64,000 bases of DNA from Lingula anatina. Taxonomy: Eukaryota > Animalia > Brachiopoda. This document shows, one piece after another, positions 13,201 to 25,100 of this stretch. Below the pieces are notes generated by a model, which did no database searches, was not told the DNA's origin, and saw only the letters and a list, made by a program, of their open reading frames with translations. The DNA is taken from positions 22,506,001-22,570,000 of the forward strand of contig CM120641.1 in NCBI GenBank assembly GCA_051362555.1, written 5' to 3'. Made by a program: the position numbers and the translations under genes. Positions within the stretch are counted from its first letter, which is position 1. Each line of letters begins with the position of its first letter.

Positions 13201-16200
13201 AGGATTCCCAGGAAATACATTATTACCATGAGAGAAAACAGTACTTATGAGGATCTCAACAAACCAAATGCTTCTATTGGGTTACAAAAATCATCAATCT
13301 CCTTACTTTAAATCAGATACTCAGATAAGTTCAGATACTCAGGATTTTGAAAGGAAAATATTGTTCGTCCAATTGGATTCAATTTAAAGAGTCTGATAAT
13401 CTGTTTAAAGACAAAAAAATTGCACAAGAACATTGATTTGACATTTATTCTACCTTTACTCAAATGTACATCTACTTCACAATATTTAATACCATACCTT
13501 GGCTCACTAATACGTACTAAAAATAACCCCTAATAGTGAATAAACAATGGTTAAATCAATCTGAATAGAGCCGGCATATAAGATATATATGACATATATT
13601 TTCTTTGAGAAATGCAATTACCTTTTCTTTATCCTTGAACTTTTCTTTCTTTTCTTTCTTCGCAAATTTAAAGCTTGGTTTACTAAGTCTCTTTCCTTTA
13701 AATGGACTCCTAGTAGATATACAAAGTGAAATGTTTATACAGTAGTCACAAAAAAGTTGTAGTATGGAAAGAGGATCGCACAGTACTCTAACCTCCATCT
13801 TGTGAAGAGAATGGAAAGGACAAACTAGTGGACAATTAAACCTATGTTACATAAAAATCGCAACAATGTCCTTGTTTCATCAGACAAAATCACTATAGGT
13901 ACCAGTGCTTCAGCATATATGGATGTTCCATCAATCAGAAAGTAGTAGCAGCTACAGAGTAATCCCTTGGATATAAGGGTCAAATATGACATGTGCCAAA
14001 ATGAATTTTCTCTATTTTATGACTTTTATTGATTGTTTTCAATTTCTGCAATAGCCATGCAAAATCAATAATTACTCATTCAATTTTAAGGATACTGTAA
14101 GCATTTGCCAAAAATTCCTATTTACTTTCTTAGATTGGGATAACAGATAAATCTTCAGTGTTTAGTGACTAAATCAATTAACATTTACACTCGTGACATC
14201 ATGACTGCGATTTTGGGTTAAAAATGGAAAAAATCAGTTTCTCAAATTTCTTCTTTACCTTACCACTGTTCCAACAGCAATTTAATGACACCCTTCCAGC
14301 ATTTTTTCTTTAAAGCCTTAGTTCAGATTTTATCATTAAAAAAGGAAAAAAATGCCTTTGTTTAATGAAAATCTGTAATTAGGGGCTCATAACTCCATAA
14401 CAAAAACATTTAACCAAAATGACAGCATGGGATTGAAGCCCATAAACTTGTGGTCAACTATCAAATTTTGATGACAAAAAATCTTGTCCAGGAAAGAAGT
14501 TATGCGCCATACCAATTGTTATCTCACCTCAAGATAGAAAGGTGGTAAATTGAAGATAAATGCTTTGAGTTGCCTATGCTTAAATGCATAGCAACAAGAA
14601 ATATAAACACCAATATTTTATATTTGAGGGAATTTCTATTGCTTTAAATAAGCACAAAGCTAGATGTATTACTGAATAATTAGATGGAGATAAAAACTCA
14701 TTTTCGGTATCTGGATGATAATAAAACCTGCAAGTACCCTTAAACCCATTCTATGATAGTACCATTCAATCAAAATAGGACCTACACCAACACGCACTCA
14801 GTATCATGCAGCATTATATATAGATACATGTATGACAGCTAAAAAGCTTAATTATCAAACAACTGGAAGACAGGATGCATGGTTCAACTTAAGGGTTAAA
14901 TCATGAGAAGTTCAGAACATATGTATGCAAACGTCTGATTTAGGCTTACTTTGTATCTTCCACCATTAGCTCTTCCTCTGAATTGTCTTCTTCAAACATC
15001 TTATATCCTTTGTCTTTCTTCTCTTTCTTATCCTTCTTCTTGGCAAAGTCTTTCTTCTTACCTAGTTTGTCAGCATCGTCATCTGATGCTGAGAAATATT
15101 AAAAACAAATACAAACTGTGGCATTCTAACAAATTTGCAAACCAATAACCTATGGTTTAGAATTACTTGAATCAAATAACAGCTAACAAAATTCAAAAAC
15201 ATCATCTGTTTTTCCAAAACTAGGACACACCATTTCAAAACAACTTGATTTCAAACCACATTATTCATATACCTACAGGTCACCTATTTCCTACTTGAAT
15301 ATGGTCAGGTTCTTATAAACAAATCACTGCATGAAGGAGAACGTGATTTAGCCATTACATACAGTACAGCTAAAAAACAAAACCTCCAGTAAAAAAATAA
15401 ATCAGCAATATCAGCCTGCCGAGCCCATACCTTTAACTGCAGCCATGGTTAAAAGAAAGCCCAACCTTAATCACTATATATGATGTAATGACAGTCTTAA
15501 GCATAAGTCTGACTGTTCATTTATTGTTCTGTGACATGCTACAGGGTATAACATAAATCAACATGTTTAATATGGCTGACAAAAACACTGTATGATTCAA
15601 ATCTTATAATATATGTGTATGGCATTCAAGTTTAAACTAGTGTGTAAAAAATTACATTGTAGGGATTAATTAACCATTTTGTTAACACATACTAGAATAC
15701 CCTCTATGTTTATACATAAATTTTATGAATAAAAATGCCATAACTCATAGTGGACTCCAGAAAGGTTTATATATAGACCATTAAATAAATAAATGTCTGA
15801 AAATAGCAACATTAGAGAGTGATCTTGTTATAATAAGACAAAAGCTAACACTGACCCACATTACTTCCTTATGAAAATTTAGAAATTTATTGAACTGTCT
15901 TTCACTACCTGTAGTCAATCCCTAGAGAGTACAGATGTTTATATACCAAATAACACATAAGGTATTTTCACATCAAGCATTCAATCTTAGCATTCCATGT
16001 GTAACAGTATGCTTTGAGAGATTAACAGTTTAATTATCATAATTAATATCCCCATTTTTAGGGAAGAGAACGACTAAAAGTCCCCCCCCCCCCCATCTTC
16101 AGCAGGGGCAATTTATATTGGTTATTTAGTACATACAGGTTTTTCAGTGGAAGCAGACCTTTGAAAGCCAGTTAAACTGCCAGTTTAGTTATTATATGGT

Positions 16201-16527
16201 AGAATCTCTCATAAAATACCGATGGAAAGACTTATCTATATCAACTGGCTATACTGAAAAAATTTAATGCATAATAATAATTATTATGATAACTTTTTTA
16301 GTTTGTCTTAAAAAATAAAATCATATAAGTTTCTGAATTATGACCACAACAAGGGACTTCATTCAATAATTATTGGATCTAAGTCCACCTCACCTGCCGA
16401 AAAAAAGATCCCAACTTTGTCTATTTAATTAAAAAAATCTTTTCTTACCTTGTTCAGGTTCCTGGGAACGTCCTTGAGTGGAATACAACCCAGGGAAGTC
16501 TTCTTTGTCGGGACTCTCAAAACTCAT
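7217..16527 (-). CDS. RALBP1: RalA-binding protein 1 (RLIP76): RhoGAP domain, Ral-binding domain, C-terminal coiled coil; about 931 aa
   Basis: Coding exons (- strand): 16527-16449, 15088-14950, 13709-13622, 12931-12835, 12640-12521, 12309-12106, 11803-11685, 11425-11295, 11030-10832, 10563-10333, 10079-9728, 9441-8842, 8230-8153, 7916-7708, 7366-7217. All GT-AG, phases consistent, total 2796 nt. Motifs: N-terminal FPGLY, Lys-rich region, RhoGAP (PVFGVPL, EGIYRISGVKSK, VASLLKQFLRELP, NKMTLQNVSIVLSPT), Ral-binding EEQLWEVQRVVTQLKRK, C-terminal HEERQICLEVKVQIRML. Confidence 0.93.
7495..7660 (+). mobile_element. Degraded Helitron/Helentron-associated (HINE-like) fragment in the last RALBP1 intron
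   Basis: tcaccaaaatctaatcatttcttccttgggcc...aaatatttcatcaaaat...acaaacaaacaaa...gaaaacagaggtaataa: a short (ACAA)n tract near the 3' end in the arrangement I recall for HINE-type elements. No database check. Confidence 0.4.
10468..10497 (-). repeat. (CAA)7(CAG)3 coding trinucleotide repeat, polyQ10 in RALBP1
   Basis: ctgctgctgttgttgttgttgttgttgttg on +, in frame within exon 10563-10333. Confidence 0.9.
14090..14738. mobile_element. Possible old non-autonomous DNA transposon with an internal satellite-like monomer
   Basis: TTAA|ggatact at the left end and agtaccc|TTAA at the right end (6/7 inverted match); internal ggggctcataactcc...caaattttgatg...gaagttatg segment (about 14380-14515) resembles Helentron-type monomers. 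Confidence 0.3.
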
Positions 16528-17702
16528 CCTAAAGATACAGGGGACACTACTGACACTGGTGATCATTTTCTTGGTCAAAATAAATAGCCACCGGGTGTGA
16601 TGGAAAATTATTGTAATAATTACATTCCACAGTATCACTTTTGTGTAGAGTAAGTGACATGTTGGACTGATATATATATTTAGTGTTACCTTAATATACA
16701 AACTTTTATTGAATACTAATGGTATCTGTCATAACTCGTCTAAGGTGTAAAAAATTCAGGCACCAATGTGATGGTTAGGATAAATAATACCCAGAATTAC
16801 AAAGTGACCACCAAAAATGAAGAAAAGAAAAGAATTAAAAAATAATAAATATTTGAAGCATAACATTGAATCAGAATTATCTGTGAATAATTGAATGCAT
16901 AAAGAATATTTAAAATCCAAGCTTTTTAAATCCACAGGAAACTAGAATCCATGAGATCAATTTGCCAAGAGGTAGATTAGACATAAATCTCCAAAAGTAA
17001 CAAACTGATTGAAAATATATTTCTAAACCAGAGAAATATGTGCAAACAGCATCTGCAACAGCGATTTAAATGAAAGGAAAAAACTGGGCTATCAAGATTC
17101 AGAGGGAATGAAACTTTAAAAAAATGCACCTTTAATTTGGTATAAAAAAGTAACATGTATTATTTTAAAGGTCCATGGGATGAGAAAACTCAGTTTTATA
17201 AAGACAAAAATCAAGCTATGGGATTAAATTTTATATCACTCCCCCCCTCCTCTCCTTTAATTATTTATTTATTTATTTTACAAAGCACTCCAGGTGCCTA
17301 AGAAGTGGATTCTCACGCCACAAATTTTGAATCTAATTCTCAATCAGCCTTCCTTAATGGTAGCACCTCTTTTTGAAGATGATCATGATCTTTTGCGAAC
17401 GGGAGAAGTACCCGGTGAGTGTCAACATCTTCCAAAAAGATTTGATTTTTTTTTTTTTATTTCAGAAACAAGTTCATGTTCCCCTGCATCAAGCCAGTTC
17501 ATGGCACGTCACATACAACTACGAGCTCTGACGCCATTTTAAACTTTCTTATTAATCTTGTGGCTATTTTTGTTCATTTTTTGAAACTCCCCAAAAGCCC
17601 TATTAACGCCAAGTTACATACATTTGAACCCAGTGCTTGAAGTAGTACATGTAATACTGCAGCAGAGCAGTCGAGTGCAATAAAAGATCAAGCCATTTTT
17701 AC

Positions 17703-17850
17703 CTGTTAGTATTTCAGTGCAATCTTAATTAGTCGGATGGTTAACTGTCTCAAAAGTCTTCCTATATTTAGTAAATGTTATACACTATCAACAATAAAGC
17801 CACAAAAACGCGAAAAAACACCCTACGAGCATCTCCGCCCACGAACGGAA
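17703..17850 (-). other. RALBP1: Probable non-coding first exon of RALBP1 (5' end approximate)
   Basis: Donor ctaacag|GTAAAA at 17702 next to the CpG-richer promoter; the next exon starts at 16528, only 1 nt before the ATG, so an upstream exon is required. Confidence 0.55.
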
Positions 17851-17915
17851 GAGTCCGTAAATCCATATTGATGTTGCATTGTGGGATTCCACAGAAGGCG
17901 GCATCTTCGAAGTAG
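17830..17915. promoter_or_regulatory. Bidirectional RALBP1/CEP152 promoter: GC box, ETS site, ZNF143/Staf site; short + strand first exon ending at 17915
   Basis: CCGCCC 17835-17840; CGGAAG 17846-17851; TGCATTGTGGGA (reverse complement TCCCACAATGCA) 17875-17886; + strand donor AG|GTCAGT at 17916; local CpG enrichment. Confidence 0.7.
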
Positions 17916-18208
17916 GTCAGTATTGTTTTGTTACAGTTTTGGTGTTTCCCCCCGCTAGTTATATAGATATATATTTAGTTTTTGATTTTTTTATAAATAA
18001 GGAGCATGTGATTATTTATGTGAAGTGATGCGTTTCGTGCCTCTGTTTAGAGACAAAATCCTTATCCAAACTGGGGACAGCGTATTAATTTCATTCACCC
18101 ACACAGTACATGTACATAGTCACAAAAGTTATTTTAAAACACGTATTAGTACTCGAAGTCAGTCAAGTTTTCATTCTGTCCACTTAAGCATTTGAGCACG
18201 ACAATTTC

Positions 18209-18522
18209 TACTATATATCACTACGGCTACAGTCAGAACATCTAAAGACCTTTGACAAATGTCATGACCAAGGTCTGGTGAATCTGAATGCTTTGTAGAG
18301 TCTGAGGGGAAAACGCCTAACTCGACTGCGGACCGAACTCACTCACTGTTTGAATGCTCTACCGATGTGCTATTAAGCCTGGGTCCACCTCGGCCAGTAA
18401 CTACACTTCTCCCCTCCAAATACCAGAGATGAGTTTGACTGGTATGAAAGCTAGCCATTTTGTATCTGCAGCAAGGGATTTTAAATTGTGATTTTTAACT
18501 AATAAAGTGAATTCTAACTATG
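18209..18522 (-). mobile_element. Interspersed repeat with an embedded tRNA-derived Pol III-like head (SINE-like)
   Basis: Minus strand reads TAGCACATCGGTAGAGCATTCAAACAGTGAGTGAGTTCGGTCCGCAGTCGAG: A-box-like TAGCNNANNGG followed by a degenerate B-box GTTCGGTCC. It does not fold as an intact tRNA. Confidence 0.5.
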
Positions 18523-18624
18523 GCATGAGCTTACCACCCCACACAAACTGCAGTGCTGTCACTGTTCACTCACTCTTTAGTTCTCAATTGATTTATGGAC
18601 CTAGGTACTGTGCATTAACTCCAT

Positions 18625-18971
18625 GGGGACTCTTGCTGAATGCAATCAGATTAACAGTTTAACACGCCTCCTCCTGGTGTTAAATAGATTACATAAAAGA
18701 TGGTGATTATATGAGTACCTTAGACCCTATTCCCAGAGATTAGATCTATCCAACTAGATCAACCTAACTCCCTGGGGGTTCACGCTACATAGCTGTTAGC
18801 CGAGCAGGCACGAAAGTTAATTACCCCATTACAACTTGTAGTAGGCGGGACGGACATTTAAGCCAGATTATCTGACAGTAATCTAGTGAGACTCCCCTAT
18901 GGGAATGCGTCCTTAGAAACAAGTTGAGGCGTGTCAGTCTGCTAATCTCGTTACATTCAGCGAGAGTCCCA
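18625..18971. mobile_element. MITE-like element with about 45-bp imperfect terminal inverted repeats
   Basis: Left gggactcttgctgaatgcaatcagattaacagtttaacacgcctc (18626-18670) versus the reverse complement of 18926-18970, gggactctcgctgaatgtaacgagattagcagactgacacgcctc. Confidence 0.75.
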
Positions 18972-19115
18972 GTACAGAGAAGCAATAGCTATGTGATAAA
19001 TTCATTGTGAACAGATCTTTACTCTGCTTACAGATGCCTGGTAAGAGATATCCAATTTAGCCCTTATAAGCATCAGAGTGGTCACTAGTTGACCACTATG
19101 GACACAGGCTTGACC

Positions 19116-22100
19116 ATGATGAACCCAGGGGCAAGCATGCACTTTGATGGTCAAGCACTGCAAGACAGAGAGGAAGCAGAATATCAAAAGGAAGAGATGG
19201 AAAAACAAAATGAGGTATAATTTCTCATGTCATGTCACTGGTTTATTAGTTGAAGTTTAGTTTTCCCAATGCAGCCTTATACTTTGCCTTGCAGACACAC
19301 ATTTTATATAGATAGTCATTCTGCCATTATTTCTCCATGTGGTGCCATACTGTAACATAAAAAATAGAATTATAAATGTGTTTTGCTGAGGCTCTTAAGG
19401 AAAGGCCAGATTACCTTAAACCCTATTATGTAAAAGTATTCTCCTTTATGTTTCCCTTTTCCAAATTAAAGAAAGCACTTGAAATTCTTGCCTTTATGCA
19501 TTTATGACTTGGGTTTTACACCTTCTACCATACATATATTGGTATTGCTGGAATTGATTTCCAAAAGAAGTCCAAAAAGTGCAAAGTTACTTGTTCCGTG
19601 GTCTCTCAAGAGAGGTTGCTGTAGGTGGGTAAGTTGAAAGTAAATTGTTATGTCAGTTTAATTTGTTGGCATCGGTGTATGTGCATGTGCGTGCATGTGT
19701 GAATGCTATATTAGAACTGCATGCAGACTTTCAAATAATGTAAAGCAGGAAAGAGGTAAGTTTGGTTATGTTTTCCTCATGGCTTATTGAAATATATTTT
19801 CTTCAGTTATATTCCAGCTAGGCATGTTGATTATGTAGAAATCCCAAGTATGCTCTTATGAAAGGTCATCATTTTAATACAAAGTATAGTTATGTTGTGT
19901 GTTATCATATTTATGATAAAGTAGTGACTTACATTGTGGTAGATAGTACCATTTATCTACTGAATGTGCCTGAGCACAATTATTCTGTGCCAGCTCACCT
20001 AACACAATGACATGTCCATTACTCATTGACACTGGTTAATAACCTTTTCTGTTACTCTTAAATATTAGAACTGCTTTATCATTGCCATAGAAATCACATA
20101 TATTATGTGTAGTAACAGGGATCAGCCTTTGGCAAACAGCAACATGCGTAATGAGAGACTTAATATATTTTACCTTAGGATTAGTATATTTGAAGTATTA
20201 CAGTGGTTGTTTGTAATGTGAAAACCAAGTACCTACTTAAGTGTGTGTTCTAGGTATCTAATTTTAAGTGTAAGATTGATTTTTTAGAAAATTTAGATAA
20301 ATATTAGGATTTACCTATTGTAAATTCTCTTTCCTTTAAGTTTTGGAATTACTCCACAATGAAAAACTGAATTTTTATTCTAAGTGAATATGCAAGGAGT
20401 GAATATAATCTAGTGAAATAAAGTTGTGTTCTAACTAGATAGGGTAATGCTTTGTAAGATCATTTAACTATGTAGCTTTTTCTTCATGGCAAAAATGTTG
20501 AAAATGCCCCCTTTGAGAGATGGCAAACAGTATGGGTCAGATATTTGTTTTTTTTTTTTATGTTGTATTGTAACTGCTATTGAGAAAATTGGATATTGAG
20601 GAAAATATTTGTATGTATCCAAGTAAGTCTAGGTAATGGCTGTGCAGTTTGAAAGGAGAACAATCCAATGAAAAAAAAGTTTTCTTTGTTGCTGAATATG
20701 GACTGATCTTAGAACATGCATAGATAAATGTTTTCCTGTTTTTATTAATGTTTAATAGTCCAAATGTATATTGGACTTGTAATAGGTATTTACAAATTGT
20801 TCGTTTCTGAAAGGCCTCTTTTATTGTTTTTATTTTTGTTTTTTATTTCTTCCTTTTATTATTGTGCACCATATAAACTTTTTAAAAGTGAAGCATTTCA
20901 AGTACTTTTAAGCTTTCAATGTTTATCTGAAATTTTTTTATCAGAAAAAAATTTATCAACAGTAAACATAAAGTTGGGTTGGAAATTGCCATTGACCTTT
21001 TAGCTTACAGATAGTAAATACACCACTTCATTAGTGTTATTGGAAAATAAAGATGATTTATATGTCGAGTGAGGAATTTTCATTGACCTTTTCATCAATA
21101 TTTGTGCTAGGTCTGGATTCTTTGGATCCTTATATTAAAAAAGCTAAGATGATTTATATCTTGTTTCGGTGGGTCACAGATTTTGTTATTCTCCATCAGT
21201 TTATTATTCTGTTTACAAAGGTAACCCTGGCTTAAGAGCTTTATAAGGGCAGTCATAAAGGAACCGTTATTAACGCTGTCATCTCAGCAACGACAGAACT
21301 CGTTAATTTCCCTTTTGTGTGCAGAGTCCAGGTGCAGTACATCTGATATACAGATTTTTAATAATGTTATCATTTGTTTTTACCCTAGTTGCTGCTCTAG
21401 ACTATTTGAGGTGGGGACAAACTCACGATTCCTTTTTGTCATAGCTGTGTGTATAAACAAAACTTTTGTGTTTCGGATTGGCTTATCATTTGTTGTTTTC
21501 TTAAGTAGCCCCAACAGCTGCCAAAAGACCAGTTATAATGACTAACATCATTACACTAGATGTGATTAGGGCTGATGACAATTCCTATCCCGTCTCATTT
21601 ACCAGTGACGATGTGCTCATTTTTATGATGGTGGAATGCCAATTGATAATCAGCTCACACAGTGGGGATGTCACATGAAGTATGCAGCGTGCTACTTTAT
21701 TGCATTGTGATGGGCATGCTGTGTTGGGAAGGAGAGCAGCAGACATTTAATGTGTTTATTGCTGTAGTTTGTCTGTGGTATCTCAGCAACATTAGCTCCA
21801 CCCCTGTGGGTAAGTGGGATTACGACCATATTACACTATGGGGGGGGGGGGGGGGGGGGTGCTGTGGGGTTGCTTGTGGGTACCCATTGTGGTATACTGA
21901 TTAGACAGTTATAATTGTTAAACTTTGATCATATAAGAAATTATAATATATTTTTAAGTGAATGATTTGACTGAATATTTAGTGCAGTACTGATTAAAAG
22001 TATAAATGCCAAATCAAGAAAGACAGGCTAAGGAATTGTACTACTTGTATATATTTGTTGTATAGATTACATGGTAGAGATTATATGTTAGTACATAAGT

Positions 22101-25100
22101 TTCAGTCATATCCTTGTAAAAAATACTAGAACCAGGTAATGAGTTTATAAATACATAAATGAATAAAAAATAGATAAGTCAATAAGTAGGGATGTCCTTC
22201 TGAAAAATATTTTCTAATGCTAGTATGGATAGTGCTTTAGCAGTGGATATTTGGATAACAGCCATGATTATCACAGATTTGGTCAAAAACTTAACAGTGG
22301 TGATTAAAAAGACAACCTCACTGTTACAGTTCAGAATCATGATTAAATGCCTAGATTGTTTCATTAGAATAAAGTCTTCACTGAGATTTAAGACAAGGAA
22401 AACAGGCATTTGATCAGATTATTATGCATTCCTTCCATCCACTGTAAAGATAATGACCATCATTTGTTGTTAGAATCTGAAATTATACACAGGTATTGCT
22501 GGCCAAATATTCCTTTCCTCTACATGGCATTCTTGTCACAGTTGTAGACCCTAACCTAAGGAGTTAGTGAGCGCCAACCTTTATACTGCCTAGGGGGGAG
22601 GACTGACTAAGGAATTAGTGGGAGCGCTGCCCCTTGGTTCTGATTGGTTAGTTCTTGTGCCAAGGACAAACCACTGGTAAATGATATTTGGCACACATAA
22701 TAACTTTTCACCAATGAGATTAAATATTCTATGTATTAATGAAAACTAAGACAGGTCAAGAAGTAAACCTGGGGTTATTTATTGCATGGGTTAGTGAGTT
22801 TTTCTTCTAATTATGGGGAGAGATCCAGTCATGTCAACCAAGAATCTATCGTATATGCAATGTCAACTTTTAATTGAGGACAGATCCATACAAGGTAAAA
22901 TTTTTTATTTATCTTCTGTCTTATATTTTCCTATATGTTTAATGACATTTTTTAATTCATTTTTTCATTATTTTTGTCTCTATGATTTGACATTTTGTAG
23001 GAAAAAAGAAAACTGTTTTGTTGAAGTTTTTTTTGTTTTTGTTTTTGTTTTTTTTTTGTGCCACCATTTCTAAAGTTGTCAAGTTTATATTTTTACACAT
23101 ATTTGGTACTTAAAATGAAACATCACAAAAAAAAAAAATAGTAGTCACTACTGCTACTTAGATTTTGAATGCATTTATAATGGAGAAATTGCTGTTAATC
23201 TGACAGGTAAATGAACAGAGGGCTAAGGTGTAACAAAACAAATAGTTACATCTATCCTGTAAACATAATGGTTACTATTCTCTTTGTTAACATTGTTTGA
23301 AATACACGGTCAAAGCTGTAAATCACAGATAAAGAAACTTAACATTTTGTCCTGAAAATAACAACTCCGTGTTACATAAAACAAATAACTGTGCTGAGAT
23401 TGAAAAGAGAAAGGAGCGGTTCCAGTTTATTAATACCTGATTAAACAATGCTTATCTTTTGTGCATTTATTATTGTAAATTTTCTTCGATAACCGTATGC
23501 ATATTAACTGTTTTCTCATTTACCAGTGTTCTTTGCCTAGTTAAATGTTGATGTTGATACTTAAGATAGTGAAAAAATGATCATTTTCAATTGCCAACAT
23601 ATTTTATTTAGCTAAGTGTTGAATTCTTTTGAATTTTGAAAAACAAAATCTGAGTCTTGAAAGATTTGCAGGAAATAAAGAATTCACCCAAAAAATTTTA
23701 AACTAAAAGTTGACCAAAATTCTGAAAAACTTCTCTCAAAATGTGCAAATTGTTGAATCTTAACCATTTGTTTCACTCAAAAAGTTCTGCTTCTATGAAA
23801 ATAACATGTAGCAAGGCGCATTTTTGGTCTATTCCATTATAACAATACAAAGTTATTATCTTAGCCTATTACAGAATAATTTTATTTCATCAAGTTCAAG
23901 AAAAATCATCAAATGGGTTAGCTTATTGCAGCCTGGTCACCCCCTGCACGGACGGTGTTGAATACCAAATGTGCGCTTACTCTGCCCCCTACGCGCGATG
24001 CTCTTACATGCAGGTGGTGGGCCGCGCAACGGGGGATCCCTGACACTATTATATGGCATACAAAAAGGAAGGTGGCCTGTAGTAAATAAACTAACATTCC
24101 AAAGTTAAGTGGTTCAATGGGTTCTTAGCTAGTTAACACTACACATGAGTAGGCTTCAATGCTGTACAATGATTTAATAACAATATCAGGGTGTTTTTGT
24201 TAAAGAAAATATCGCCTATGACTTGTACAGTTCTAGTGGTACCCTTTCTATTTTAGTTTTGTGAAATATTTAGATTGGAAACAGATCATATTTGTATTTT
24301 TCAAGGGGCAATATTTAGATTACCTATGCACAGAGGAATTATAGTGTTTGATTGTTTACAGCGTAACCTATGTTACCACTTATGATAAGCAAATTAAGAC
24401 CAGTAAAATCCAAATTTAAACTAGAAAACAAAGAGAAAAAGTGTGGTTTTTGGGAGGATGATTGCATAACCTTTTACCTGCAATGACATAACCTTTGAGG
24501 TGCTAAAGAACCACAAGGTCCTCCGACAAGGGGATTTACACCTATTGTTTTGCAAATGTAACAATAACTTGGTAATAATATTCCCCAAACTGGCCAATCA
24601 AATGTTAAATAGAGAGTTCAGATCAATTGGCCACGCATCATGGAAAAGGGCACCGGACCTCATAAGTAATAGATTTATTAACATGGTCATTTAGATGGAA
24701 AGAAAAGGCACTGAGAAATGGATTATTGCAGGTTACGTCTAGGTGTGGCAGGGATAATAATGGAATAAAAAGAAGCACTGGAAAGGTTGCAGAGTGGGAA
24801 TACTTAACATAGGGCATTGTTCAGGTGCAAGTTGTAAACATTTAACGGAAGGCGGCAAGTTGTGGCTTAGAGAACTTGGATATTCAGTTTATGGAGGAGA
24901 CTGTGACGAAGATTAATTTTAGCCAGTGAATTGAATTACAGTATTGGATAAATCTTTATACTTAAGGATAAAACTTTATGTTGATAAGATTTTCGGCTGA
25001 TCTGGGTTACGTATTGCAGAATGGATGTAAGTTAAACTAAGTTAATCTTTCAATTTAAGTTGTGAATAATGATGTTTCTTAAAATCAAGTAAAACACATG

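Noticed and set aside
17165-17640. TTAAAGGTCC start suggesting another Kolobok-type element in RALBP1 intron 1
   Set aside because: No matching right-hand inverted terminus found.
18325-18380. Possible tRNA gene
   Set aside because: A-box-like motif present but the B-box is degenerate and no acceptor or anticodon stems form; treated as repeat-derived.
21662-21904. 80-aa hydrophobic ORF with poly-Gly
   Set aside because: GTG start, the poly-Gly comes from a G homopolymer, and there is no recognisable homology.
24626-24635. ATTGGCCACG as an ERSE-II stress element
   Set aside because: It lacks the 1-nt spacer of ATTGG-N-CCACG.
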